This document shows positions 32,610-42,134 of a stretch of DNA of 64,000 nt, piece by piece (position 1 is the stretch's first letter; each line of letters begins with the position of its first letter). Source of the stretch: Candidatus Cloacimonadales bacterium (GTDB lineage: Bacteria; Cloacimonadota; Cloacimonadia; Cloacimonadales; JAFGVF01); NCBI GenBank assembly GCA_963667035.1, contig OY762964.1, positions 1,120,001-1,184,000 of the forward strand, read 5' to 3'. The notes under the pieces are model-generated. The model searched no databases. It was given only the letters and a program-made list of their open reading frames with translations, and had not been told where the DNA came from. The translations under genes were made by a program, and so were the position numbers.

Positions 32610-33518
32610 TTATGCTCCGTATCCTTTTTTTAGCGTAATCAGGCATACTTCGGGGGGACAGTTAAACCTGACAGGTAGCAAGGAAGTTCCCACTCCGTTT
32701 GTTGTAAAGCCTTTCATTTTTCTATGCTTCCACTCCTGTTTAATAACACTCCGTTTGTTGCCAACATTCCCAAGTATAGGGATTCCTCCCGGTAAACAAA
32801 TTTGTCCTCCATGGGTGTGTCCGCAAAGCATCAGATTAGCACCATACTTCTCAGCATCATTATATATCTCGGGTGAATGGGAGAGAAATATAACAAATTC
32901 ATCCCTCTTTACTTCTTTAAAGGCTAGATTTAAGTCCTCCGCATGAAAGAAATGACAATCATCAATGCCAACCAATCTGATATAACTATCATTATGTCTT
33001 AATAACACCGAAGCATTATCAAGAAACGTAAATTTATCCTTTAACATTTCGATTACATTGTCATTATCATGATTACCAGAGACAGAATACTTCTCTCTAT
33101 TCTTGAGAGTTGAAAAACCATCAGCAAACAATTTTTCCAGTCTCTCATAATCAGGTTGATGCTCAGCTTTGTAGTCTCCTCCACTCAATATAACATTGTA
33201 ATCTAAAGATTTAACAGTTTCAGCAAGTTTCTTTGCAATAGGAATGTTGTTATCAAAATGGAAATCACTAAAAAAAAGGATTTTGTAATTATCAAATCCT
33301 TCAGGTAATTCCGGGAAGTAGAGATTGAATTTATTTACACTCAATTTTAGAGTATTAGCATAGCCCAACTTTGATAATCCCATGTATTTACCGATAAATC
33401 CCGCAAGATTATAAAGTAGCACAAAGTACCAGTGCTTAACAAAAAGTTTTGTCAACTTGATGTATTGCTTAGATTCTAAGGCTTCTTCGTACATGTCTCT
33501 AACTTTATCTTTACTCAT
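32610..33518 (-). CDS. Calcineurin-like metallophosphoesterase (YkuE/YaeI-like)
   Basis: SDFH, GGD, GNHD, LSHSP and GHTHGGQ motifs. Confidence 0.92.
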   Translation of the reverse strand: MSKDKVRDMYEEALESKQYIKLTKLFVKHWYFVLLYNLAGFIGKYMGLSKLGYANTLKLSVNKFNLYFPELPEGFDNYKILFFSDFHFDNNIPIAKKLAETVKSLDYNVILSGGDYKAEHQPDYERLEKLFADGFSTLKNREKYSVSGNHDNDNVIEMLKDKFTFLDNASVLLRHNDSYIRLVGIDDCHFFHAEDLNLAFKEVKRDEFVIFLSHSPEIYNDAEKYGANLMLCGHTHGGQICLPGGIPILGNVGNKRSVIKQEWKHRKMKGFTTNGVGTSLLPVRFNCPPEVCLITLKKGYGA

Positions 33519-34334
33519 AACCTTAAATCATATCCATTGTTAATGATGTCAATTAGTTTTCTGATAAGTAGTTAATAGTAATTAGCCAAAATCAATTGTT
33601 GAGATAATAAGTCCGGATTAAAATACTAAGTATTGAGAGCTGCGGGAATATATATAAAGATATTTGGAACAGTGACTTTCACAGTATGAAGTGCTGTGGA
33701 CGCTACAATTCAGGCAATGAAAGTCACCATTCTTTATCTGGGGCTAAGTTCCATTACTAATAACCTAATCAATATTAGGAATATGCAAAAATAATTATCA
33801 AGGAAATAACAATTTTGGATGGAATAAATTTCATAAATAGAAAAATCTCATTCAAAATTACAAATCCTGAATGAGAATACTTAAAAAGTGGTGTTAATCA
33901 TTGCTTTTTAATTATTCTCACGTCTATAAACCAATAATATCCATGTCTTTAAATTGTGTCCAGATAAAAATGAGTTTCAAGAGTATATTTCTTCATTTGT
34001 TGAAAAACAAAATACAGTTCCATTCTATTGTTGATATTAAATTGTCCTTGTTTTACTTAACAAAATAAAACTCAAACTAATCCCATCCAATAAGTATTGA
34101 TCACAGAACATAAAGTTATCCACAGCTTGTGACTAAAGATAAATGCAAAGATTCCTCTACTCATTCGTACCTCATTTCGATCGGAATGAGGTAAGGGGAA
34201 CAGTACAATTGTCATCTCGAAAGGAGATATGAGTATAGCTTAAAGGGTCTGCTATTCGATTTTGTAAAAGTTCCTTTATAACTCTATCCATCTCTTTCAT
34301 ATTGGGCTTAATCTTAATGTGTTAACCTCCTTTT

Positions 34335-34396
34335 ATTGATGTTATTATATGCTTAATCGCATATTGAGGTTTACACACTTTTCTTTTTACTCCCTT
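34335..34396. repeat. ~60-bp dispersed repeat, copy 2
   Basis: Near-identical to 21410-21468. Confidence 0.85.
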
Positions 34397-34440
34397 CTCC
34401 CGTTTTGCACTTGAGCAACATCGACAGAATTGAGATATAA

Positions 34441-34543
34441 CACTCCCAAACATCTTACTAATTTCCAACTCCAAAATCATGTTTTGAGTAAGTGTTGAGT
34501 AAGAGTTGTGTAAGGATTGAGTCAATATTGCTCATGGGAGTAG
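34441..34543. repeat. Dispersed element, family B, copy 1 (11-bp-phased TGAGT boxes)
   Basis: Four differences in 103 nt versus 62921-63023; TGAGT-like boxes at 34485, 34496, 34507 and 34518. Confidence 0.9.
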
Positions 34544-34677
34544 CGTGAGATTATCCGGAAAACGAAGATTGATTTACATATTATCTTAAGTTTTATGTTG
34601 ACTTGTTAAAATTTATAATTGTATTGATTGTTTCAAATAAAATATAGATAAAATTAAGCAATCACAGTGAGGTGCAG

Positions 34678-36267
34678 ATGAAGATTGAACTGATTAAGAT
34701 TATTGATGAAGAGTTTGTGATAAAAGAACGTATCCAATATGATATTGAAAGAAAGATACTCAAAGATAGTCAGATAGATAGATATCCATATACTGCAGTT
34801 GTAAAGATTGATGATGGAGTAAAGAGAAGACTGGGTTGTTATTATCCTGATAAGAATAGTACAGATACTGGTAATCAGAATTTAAAAACAGAGATTCAGA
34901 GGCAATTAGATATCGGAGAAAAGAAACTGTACCTTCCCTATGTTTATCTGCCAAAGCTTAATTTATCTAAAGATATGTTGCAACAAGAATACAATTTCGA
35001 TGAATCTTTTTATCTGAATCTAATGCATTCTATAGTGGATAATACTAATTTCAGTTCTGCCACTTTCGGGGATAATAATGATTTCATATCTGCCATTTTC
35101 GGGGACAATACTGATTTTAGTTCTGCCATTTTCGGGGATAATACTGATTTTAGTTTTGCCATTTTCGGGGATAATACTGATTTTAGTTCTGCCACTTTCG
35201 GGGATAATAATGATTTCATGTATGCCACTTTCGGGGATAATAATGATTTCATGTATGCCACTTTCAGGGATAAGACTAATTTCATATTTGCCACTTTCGG
35301 GGATAATAATGATTTCAGGTCTGCCACTTTCGGGGATAAGACTTATTTCATTGGTGCCACTTTCGAGGATAACACTTATTTCAGTTATACTAACTTCCTT
35401 GGTTCAATAAACTTTAGAGATTCTGTTGCGAAGGGAATTAGCTTTAGAGATTCTATAGTAAAAGATTATCTCTATCTTGGAGAAGTAAAACATGAATCAA
35501 AAGATACAGTAATGGAGTGGATAGACCTAACAGATATGAAAGTGCACGGTTTTCTCTATCCCAGTTCAAATGTTGATTTTAAGAAAGAATTTGCACCCTG
35601 TGTATGGGCTAATAAAGATGAAGATGGGAACAAGGATTTAGAGGCAACTAAAGAGACTTTTCTTGTTTTGAAACAAGCATACAACAAAACAGGACGGTTT
35701 AAAGAGGAAGACTTGGCATATGTAGAGTTCAAAAGGGCTGAAAGAGATTTTGAATACCAAACACCTGATAAAGAGAGCAGACCAGATGAATTGAAACGCA
35801 TGTGGAACTATTTCGTTTCGAAACAGCTTTTTGATAGAGTCGGAGAATACGGGACTAATCCGGGGAAAGTATTAGTAACTATGGGTGTAGTTTACATACT
35901 ATTCTCTGTCCTGTTTCTGTTTTTCACTATATTAGGAAATACTTTCTATCCTAATATGATACCTGTTGGTGGGAATGAAGAAAAACCTAAAACTCAAACT
36001 GTGAATGTGATTAATTTTAAAAGCAGTGAAAACAATCTACCCATCTTCTTCGAAAGAGTTGATTCATTTATTCCTGAAAAAATGAAACTTAGGACTATGA
36101 TAACAAGATCCTTTTATCACAGTGGCATAACCTTTCTTACTATCGGATATGGAGATTTAAGACCTTGTAACGGATTGGGAATAGTACTATCAATATTAGA
36201 AGGCTTCTGTGGTTTATTTCTTATGTCATATCTTACAATTGCTTTCTCTCGGAAGGTGTTAAGATAG
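34678..36267 (+). CDS. Pentapeptide-like repeat protein fused to a two-TM potassium-channel pore domain
   Basis: Eleven 11-aa repeats (GDNxDFxxAxF); C-terminal GEYGTNP, TM helix, YHSGITFLTIGYGD selectivity filter and a second TM helix. The ATG at 34678 follows GAGGT; the ORF track starts at GTG 34672. Confidence 0.85.
   Translation: MKIELIKIIDEEFVIKERIQYDIERKILKDSQIDRYPYTAVVKIDDGVKRRLGCYYPDKNSTDTGNQNLKTEIQRQLDIGEKKLYLPYVYLPKLNLSKDMLQQEYNFDESFYLNLMHSIVDNTNFSSATFGDNNDFISAIFGDNTDFSSAIFGDNTDFSFAIFGDNTDFSSATFGDNNDFMYATFGDNNDFMYATFRDKTNFIFATFGDNNDFRSATFGDKTYFIGATFEDNTYFSYTNFLGSINFRDSVAKGISFRDSIVKDYLYLGEVKHESKDTVMEWIDLTDMKVHGFLYPSSNVDFKKEFAPCVWANKDEDGNKDLEATKETFLVLKQAYNKTGRFKEEDLAYVEFKRAERDFEYQTPDKESRPDELKRMWNYFVSKQLFDRVGEYGTNPGKVLVTMGVVYILFSVLFLFFTILGNTFYPNMIPVGGNEEKPKTQTVNVINFKSSENNLPIFFERVDSFIPEKMKLRTMITRSFYHSGITFLTIGYGDLRPCNGLGIVLSILEGFCGLFLMSYLTIAFSRKVLR
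35035..35397 (+). repeat. Intragenic tandem repeat, 11 x 33 bp
   Basis: Unit approximately GGGGATAATAmTGATTTyAknTmTGCCAyTTTC. Confidence 0.95.
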
Positions 36268-36284
36268 TATCCGGTGAGGGAAAG

Positions 36285-36309
36285 ATGCGGACAGGGATGT
36301 CTGCGTACT
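36285..36309. repeat. REP-like short palindrome (related to 62684-62736)
   Basis: ATGCGGACAGGGATGTCTGCGTAC resembles the reverse complement of GGAACGTGGACATCCTGTCCGCAT at 62684. Confidence 0.6.
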
Positions 36310-36457
36310 TGGTGATATCGCAAATATATTGCTAATGGAAACAAGTTGTTTAAATGATGCAGTATCTTATGAAGATTTGTGGAGATGTTTAGATTTTGAT
36401 TGACAACTTAGCTTACGGAAACCATATTACTAAATAAAACATATATGTAATTATAGG

Positions 36458-36757
36458 ATGTATTTAATGAATATTAAATTTAGAGATGTTCCTACAGGAA
36501 TAGTACAAGCACGAGCAGTAATAGAAATAATGCCGGGTGTTTATCTAAATGAAGTGACAATTATTAGTAGAGACGGTATACTGAAAGTTGAAATTCCTCA
36601 GAAGACTTTCATTGGAAAGAACAATCGAAAGCACTACATTGATATCCTTACTTTCGAAACTGAAGATAAGAGAACTATTTGGGAGCTGGAAGTTAAACAA
36701 GCCTATCTTAAATGGCGTGAAGAGCATAAAAAGATATTAGTTTACGAAAAGGAGTGA
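36458..36757 (+). CDS. Small protein, possibly SpoVG-like
   Basis: 99 aa; pattern ARAVIEI..GVYLNEVTII..DG.LKVEIPQK...HYIDIL...AYL resembles SpoVG; TTGACA upstream at 36400. Confidence 0.55.
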   Translation: MYLMNIKFRDVPTGIVQARAVIEIMPGVYLNEVTIISRDGILKVEIPQKTFIGKNNRKHYIDILTFETEDKRTIWELEVKQAYLKWREEHKKILVYEKE

Positions 36758-36764
36758 ACTTAGT

Positions 36765-38045
36765 ATCGAAAAGGTAATCATTATCGGGGGTCATCTCAAG
36801 GATGTCAAAAGGCATGATTATCAAAGGCGAATGACAGAGCTTCGGATGTTGAGTGAAACTGCCGGAGTTGAAGTTGTAGCCGAGATTGTACAGACATTTG
36901 AGAAGCCCAATCCCGTTTATTATATTGGTAAAGGTAAGTTAGAAGAGATAACAAAGATTTGCAGAATAAGAGACGTTAGAACTCTTATTTTCAATGATAA
37001 TTTAAGTCAATCTCAAGCTAAGAATATCACAAATCTTGCAAAATGTAAGGTTATTGATAGAACTCAATTGATACTTGATATCTTTGCGACTCATGCAAGA
37101 ACAAAGATGGCAAAACTACAAGTGGAACTTGCTCAATTGGAATATAACTATTCCAGACTTAAACATCTTTGGAAACACCTGTCAAGAATCGAAGGTGGAA
37201 TAGGGACCAGAGGTCCCGGTGAGAAGCAAATTGAAATTGATAGAAGATTGATACAAAAGCGTGTCCAACACTTAAGGGATAAGCTTGAAGAAGTTAAGCA
37301 AACTACTTATACAAAAAGAACAAAGAGAAATGCTTTTAAAGTAATTTCTCTAGTTGGATATACAAATGCCGGTAAGTCAACACTTTTCAAAAATCTTACT
37401 AAGGCTGATACGTTTATAGCTAATCAGTTGTTTGCAACTTTGGACCCTTCTTCCAGATATATTCCTGTGCCTAAAGGTAATCAGTCTATTTTAACAGATA
37501 CGATTGGCTTCATAAAGCAACTTCCTCATTGCCTTGTCGAATCGTTTCATTCAACTTTAGTGGAAGTTGTTAATGCTGATTTACTCTTGCATGTTGTAGA
37601 CTTGTCCGATCCTGATTTTAGAGAGAATATAAATGCAGTGAATGATGTCCTGAAAGAGATTGGAGCTGACCATGTGCCAGTATGTTATATCTTTAATAAA
37701 CTTGACCTTATCGGTGGAATGGGATATAAACTATTGAAAAAACAGTTGAGGGAAGAATTTAAAAGAGCATTATTTATCTCTGCTAACTCGAGGGAGTATA
37801 CAGCAGAAATTTTGGAGTATATTTGTTCACTACTTGAGAGAAGGAAGACAGAACAAACCGTTAAGATACCGATTCAGATGGAGAAGTTGATTGATTACAT
37901 AGAAAAACAAGCAGAGATTGTATCTTTGGAATGTGATGAAACTCGGGAAGAATTTCACTTAACGGTGAGAGCTGAAAAACGTTTATTAAAGGATGTAGCA
38001 GACCAAATAGCGAAATTTAAACAGATGCAATACATCCATTCTTAG
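36765..38045 (+). CDS. hflX: GTPase HflX (start uncertain: ATC 36765 proposed, first ATG at 36831)
   Basis: YIGKGK, LILDIFA.HA, GIGTRGPGE, VGYTNAGKST, LFATLD, DTIGF and NKLD. Confidence 0.95.
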   Translation: MEKVIIIGGHLKDVKRHDYQRRMTELRMLSETAGVEVVAEIVQTFEKPNPVYYIGKGKLEEITKICRIRDVRTLIFNDNLSQSQAKNITNLAKCKVIDRTQLILDIFATHARTKMAKLQVELAQLEYNYSRLKHLWKHLSRIEGGIGTRGPGEKQIEIDRRLIQKRVQHLRDKLEEVKQTTYTKRTKRNAFKVISLVGYTNAGKSTLFKNLTKADTFIANQLFATLDPSSRYIPVPKGNQSILTDTIGFIKQLPHCLVESFHSTLVEVVNADLLLHVVDLSDPDFRENINAVNDVLKEIGADHVPVCYIFNKLDLIGGMGYKLLKKQLREEFKRALFISANSREYTAEILEYICSLLERRKTEQTVKIPIQMEKLIDYIEKQAEIVSLECDETREEFHLTVRAEKRLLKDVADQIAKFKQMQYIHS

Positions 38046-38243
38046 CTTAACAAAAAGCTAACTAAGTGTTATTTCGGGAGATGTAACTAAGTAAGAAAAA
38101 CAGCTAATTTAGTACTCTGAATAAATATCTCTGATTAAGGGAAAAAAGGTTGACTAATTATTTATAAACCAATTTCTTAAACGAAAGAATTATATAGAGC
38201 ATTTATAGATTTTAATCAAAAAAAATAGATGAGGAGGAACAAG

Positions 38244-39458
38244 ATGATTAAGGACTTAAACAGCGCTCTTTCAATTGGCGTTAAAGGCATGAAACGTTCG
38301 GCGATTAGAGAGCTTCTTAAACTTGTATCAAGACCTGAAATCATTTCCTTTGCCGGTGGGTTACCTGCTCCTGATTCATTTCCAAGAGCTGAACTCAAAC
38401 AGATTATGATTGAGCTTATGGATAATGAAGATGAAGCAGGAAAAGCTATGCAGTATGGTGCGACAGAGGGAGATGATCTTCTGAGAGAACAACTTGCATG
38501 TCGTTACAAAAAACAAGGTTTGGATATTACAACTGATAATCTGATAATCACAACTGCTTCTCAGCAGGCTTTGGATTTAGTTGCCAAGATATTCGTCAAT
38601 CGTGGAGACACTATTCTTGTAGGCTTACCATCTTATCTTGGTGGACTGAGTGCATTTAATTCATACGGTGCCAAAATGGAAGGAATTCCTTTGGATGAGG
38701 ACGGTATGAGTGCTGAGCTTCTTGAAAAGAAACTGCAAGAGCTTCAGGCACAAAACATCAAACCTAAGTTTATCTATGTTATACCTGATTTCCAGAATCC
38801 TGCAGGTATTACAATGAGCGAGAAAAGAAGAAAAGATATTATTAACCTCGCTCATAAGTATGATGTACTAATTCTTGAAGATAGCCCTTATAGAGAACTT
38901 CGTTTTACCGGTGAACATCAGAAGACTATGTATGAACTTGATGGTACGGGACATGTTATCTTATTAGGTACATTCTCAAAATTGTTTGTGCCCGGATTCA
39001 GAATCGGTTGGGTCATTGCTCATCCTGATATAGTAGATAAGTTTGTTGTTGCTAAACAAGCTACTGACCTTTGTACACCACCTTTCAATCAGCGTATTGC
39101 CGCTCGTTATCTAGAAAAGGGATTACTCGATACAAACATCCAAAAGATTATTAAAATGTACAGTGTCAAACAAAGAACTATGCTTGATTTATTCGAAGCA
39201 GAGATGCCGGAAGGCGTTAAATGGACACAACCTGAAGGTGGATTATTCTTAATGGTTACTTTACCTGAAAAGATTAATACAAATGACTTACTTCAGAAAG
39301 CTATTACTGAAGAAAATGTAGCATTTGTTGCAGGACAATCATTCTTCTGTGATGGTTCAGGTACTAATACAATGAGAATTAACTTCTCTTATGCTTCTAA
39401 CGAGAAGAATATCGAAGGTATTCATAGATTAACAAATCTGTTAAAGAAAGAAATTTAA
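38244..39458 (+). CDS. PLP-dependent class I/II aminotransferase (LysN/aromatic type)
   Basis: SAIRELLK, ISFAGGLP, PDFQNPAG, EDSPY and GTFSK..PGFRIGW; GAGGAGG RBS before the ATG at 38244. Confidence 0.92.
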   Translation: MIKDLNSALSIGVKGMKRSAIRELLKLVSRPEIISFAGGLPAPDSFPRAELKQIMIELMDNEDEAGKAMQYGATEGDDLLREQLACRYKKQGLDITTDNLIITTASQQALDLVAKIFVNRGDTILVGLPSYLGGLSAFNSYGAKMEGIPLDEDGMSAELLEKKLQELQAQNIKPKFIYVIPDFQNPAGITMSEKRRKDIINLAHKYDVLILEDSPYRELRFTGEHQKTMYELDGTGHVILLGTFSKLFVPGFRIGWVIAHPDIVDKFVVAKQATDLCTPPFNQRIAARYLEKGLLDTNIQKIIKMYSVKQRTMLDLFEAEMPEGVKWTQPEGGLFLMVTLPEKINTNDLLQKAITEENVAFVAGQSFFCDGSGTNTMRINFSYASNEKNIEGIHRLTNLLKKEI

Positions 39459-39484
39459 GATATTAATTATAGAAGGAGTAATGT

Positions 39485-39688
39485 ATGGCGAAAATGACAG
39501 TTAATCCAGAGTATTGCAAAGGATGCGGACTCTGTATTGAAGCATGTCCAAAGAAAATAATTAAGTTTTCTGAGAACATAAACTCTAAAGGTTATCACTA
39601 TGCTGAATGCATCGATCAGGAGAAATGCATAGCATGTAGAATGTGCTACATGACATGTCCTGATGTAGCAATTACTGTCGAAAAGTAA
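39485..39688 (+). CDS. 2[4Fe-4S] ferredoxin (delta subunit of 2-oxoacid:ferredoxin oxidoreductase)
   Basis: CKGCGLCIEACP and CIACRMCYMTCP. Confidence 0.93.
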   Translation: MAKMTVNPEYCKGCGLCIEACPKKIIKFSENINSKGYHYAECIDQEKCIACRMCYMTCPDVAITVEK

Positions 39689-39698
39689 GGAGAACGAT

Positions 39699-40778
39699 AT
39701 GGCTAAAATATTAATGAAAGGAAACGAGGCGGTAGCAGAGGCTGCAATTAGAGCAGGTTGTAGATTATATTTTGCTTACCCAATAACCCCACAAAGTGAA
39801 TTGATTGAATATATGTCAAGAATGTTACCAAAGGTTGAAGGATGTTTCCTTCAAGCCGAATCTGAAGTTTCAGCTATCAACATGGTATATGGAGCTGCAG
39901 GTGCAGGTAAAAGAGTTATGACTTCCTCTTCATCTCCTGGTATATCCCTTAAGATGGAAGGAATTTCATATATAGCCGGAGCCAACCTTCCAGCTGTTAT
40001 TATTAACGTACAGCGTGGTGGTCCTGGTCTTGGTGATATCCAACCTGCACAAGGTGATTATTTCCAAGCAACCAAAGGTGGCGGACACGGTGACTACCGT
40101 TTAATCGTTCTTGCTCCAAGTTCAGTTCAGGAATTTGCTGATATGGCTTCTCTTTCCTTTGACTTAGCTGATAAATATCGTAACCCTGTTATGATTCTTT
40201 CAGATGGTATGCTCGGACAAATGATGGAACCTGTAGAGTTCAAAGAACCATTAACTGATGAACAGATTGAAGAGTTAGGTAAACAACATAATGATTGGTG
40301 TATTAATCCTAATGAAGACGGTCCAGGACATCATCATAATGAGATTAACTCTCTTGAAATCGATCCTAAAGTTCTTGAAGATCATGTTGAAGAACTTGCT
40401 AGAAAGTATAAAGTTATCGAAAAGAATGAACTTCTTTTTGAAGAATACAATGTTAATGATGACAATGACATCCTCTGTGTTTCTTTCGGAACTGCTTCCA
40501 GAGTTGTTAAATCCGCTATCGACGAGCTTAAAGAAGAGGGTCATAATGTTGGACTTATCCGTCCTGTTACTGTATGGCCTTTCCCTTATGAGCAGATTGC
40601 AAAAAGAATCACATCCAAGACTAAACTCGTTCATGTATTTGAATTAAATCTTGGACAGATGCTTGATGATGTTAAGATTGCCGTTGCCGGTAAAGTTCCG
40701 GTAGAGTTCTATGGCAAAGTCGGCGGTATTGTCTTTACTCCAGCTGAAGTAAAGCAACAGCTTTTAGAGAAATTATAG
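39699..40778 (+). CDS. vorB: 2-oxoacid:ferredoxin oxidoreductase alpha subunit (VorB-like)
   Basis: MKGNEA, YPITPQSE, QAESE, TSSSSPG and GGGHGDY. Confidence 0.88.
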   Translation: MAKILMKGNEAVAEAAIRAGCRLYFAYPITPQSELIEYMSRMLPKVEGCFLQAESEVSAINMVYGAAGAGKRVMTSSSSPGISLKMEGISYIAGANLPAVIINVQRGGPGLGDIQPAQGDYFQATKGGGHGDYRLIVLAPSSVQEFADMASLSFDLADKYRNPVMILSDGMLGQMMEPVEFKEPLTDEQIEELGKQHNDWCINPNEDGPGHHHNEINSLEIDPKVLEDHVEELARKYKVIEKNELLFEEYNVNDDNDILCVSFGTASRVVKSAIDELKEEGHNVGLIRPVTVWPFPYEQIAKRITSKTKLVHVFELNLGQMLDDVKIAVAGKVPVEFYGKVGGIVFTPAEVKQQLLEKL

Positions 40779-40787
40779 GAGGTTCTA

Positions 40788-41531
40788 ATGGAAGTTATTG
40801 CATCAAGACCTAAATCACTTACTGATCTTCAATTTACATATTGCCCCGGTTGTTTACACGGTGTTGCCCATCGTTTAGTAGCTGAGGTTATAGATGAACT
40901 TGGTATTCAAAACACGGCTACCGGTGTTGCTCCGGTTGGTTGCTCAGTGTTTGCATATAAATTCTTTGATTTTGATATGGCACAGGCTGCACATGGTAGA
41001 GCCCCTGCTGTTGCTACCGGTATTTTAAGAGCCAGACCTGATATGCAAGTATTCACATATCAAGGTGATGGTGACCTTGCCGCTATCGGTACTGCCGAAA
41101 TCGTACATGCCGCAAATCGCGGAGAGAACATGACTGTTTTCTTCGTTAATAATGCTATTTATGGTATGACAGGTGGTCAAATGGCTCCTACAACTCTCCC
41201 GGGAATGAAGACAACAACTTCTCCTTACGGAAGAGATGCCAGCGATATCGGGTATCCTATCAAAGTATGTGAATTACTTGATACTCTTATTGCTCCATAT
41301 TATATTGAGCGTGTTTCTCTTTTAACTCCTCAAGATATTATGAAAGCTAAAAAAGCTGTTTCAAAAGCCCTCACTTATAATAAAGAGAGACGTGGATTCA
41401 CTTTTGTAGAGTTTATTTCTACTTGCCCAACAAACTGGGGAATGGATCCAATTCAATCAAAGAATTGGGCTAAAGAGAACATGTTACCTTTCTTCAAGGT
41501 ACAGAAGTTTAGAGATAAAGGAGAAGAATAA
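40788..41531 (+). CDS. 2-oxoacid:ferredoxin oxidoreductase beta (TPP-binding) subunit
   Basis: YCPGC, HGRAPA, QGDGD..NNAIYGMTGGQ and CPTNW. Confidence 0.92.
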   Translation: MEVIASRPKSLTDLQFTYCPGCLHGVAHRLVAEVIDELGIQNTATGVAPVGCSVFAYKFFDFDMAQAAHGRAPAVATGILRARPDMQVFTYQGDGDLAAIGTAEIVHAANRGENMTVFFVNNAIYGMTGGQMAPTTLPGMKTTTSPYGRDASDIGYPIKVCELLDTLIAPYYIERVSLLTPQDIMKAKKAVSKALTYNKERRGFTFVEFISTCPTNWGMDPIQSKNWAKENMLPFFKVQKFRDKGEE

Positions 41532-42067
41532 TGAAGTGTGAGATTATCTGCTCCGGATTCGGTGGACAAGGTTCACTTACAATTGGTAAGTTTCTTGCTA
41601 AAGCAGGAATGAAAGAAGGCAAGCACGTTTCTTGGTTACCATCTTACGGTCCTGAAATGCGTGGCGGTACAGCTAATGTATCCGCTGTTATTTCGGACAC
41701 CCCCGTTGCTTCTCCAATAGTATCTTTCCCTGATATTCTTGTTGCATTAAACCAACCGTCTTTAGACAAATTCGGTCCGGACGTAAGAGCCGGTGGACTT
41801 ATTATTGTAAATAAGGATATGTGTCCTAATGGCTTGAATAGAGATGATGTTGATATCATTGAAGCAAAAATGTCTGAGATTGCAAATGAAATTGGTTCTC
41901 CAAAAGTACTAAATATGGTTTCTATCGGTATGATTATCGGTAAGACCGGTCTAATTAAGTATGAAACAATTAAAGAAGACTTAACTTCTTTCTTAGAGAA
42001 GAAGAATCCTGCTCTTCTTGAAATGAACCTTATTGCTATTCAGAGAGGAATTGATTTAGCTAAATAG
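41531..42067 (+). CDS. 2-oxoacid:ferredoxin oxidoreductase gamma subunit
   Basis: GFGGQG and PSYGPEMRGGTAN. Confidence 0.92.
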   Translation: MKCEIICSGFGGQGSLTIGKFLAKAGMKEGKHVSWLPSYGPEMRGGTANVSAVISDTPVASPIVSFPDILVALNQPSLDKFGPDVRAGGLIIVNKDMCPNGLNRDDVDIIEAKMSEIANEIGSPKVLNMVSIGMIIGKTGLIKYETIKEDLTSFLEKKNPALLEMNLIAIQRGIDLAK

Positions 42068-42084
42068 TTTGAATTGATACATAT

Positions 42085-42120
42085 AAAAGGCTGCTTCTAT
42101 ATGAAGCAGCTTTTCTTTTT
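42085..42120 (+). terminator. Rho-independent, probably bidirectional terminator
   Basis: AAAAGGCTGCTTC-TATAT-GAAGCAGCTTTT between convergent genes. Confidence 0.8.
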
Positions 42121-42134
42121 ATCGAAACTAAAAC

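Noticed and set aside
34116..34124. Perfect DnaA box TTATCCACA as evidence of oriC
   Set aside because: It is a single box with no cluster and no dnaA/dnaN nearby. Degenerate boxes near 48775-48810 are also unconvincing in AT-rich DNA.
34322..34525. 67-aa minus-strand ORF
   Set aside because: It is composed of the two non-coding repeat modules and has no protein-like features. ORF 3020..3316 and the many short antisense ORFs inside long genes are also treated as spurious.
35035..35397. Diversity-generating retroelement target
   Set aside because: No reverse transcriptase or separate template repeat is present; tandem expansion explains the pattern.
35010..35410. ORFs 35010..35327 (-) and 35078..35410 (+) with repetitive translations
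   Set aside because: These are shadow frames of the 33-bp tandem repeat inside the channel gene.
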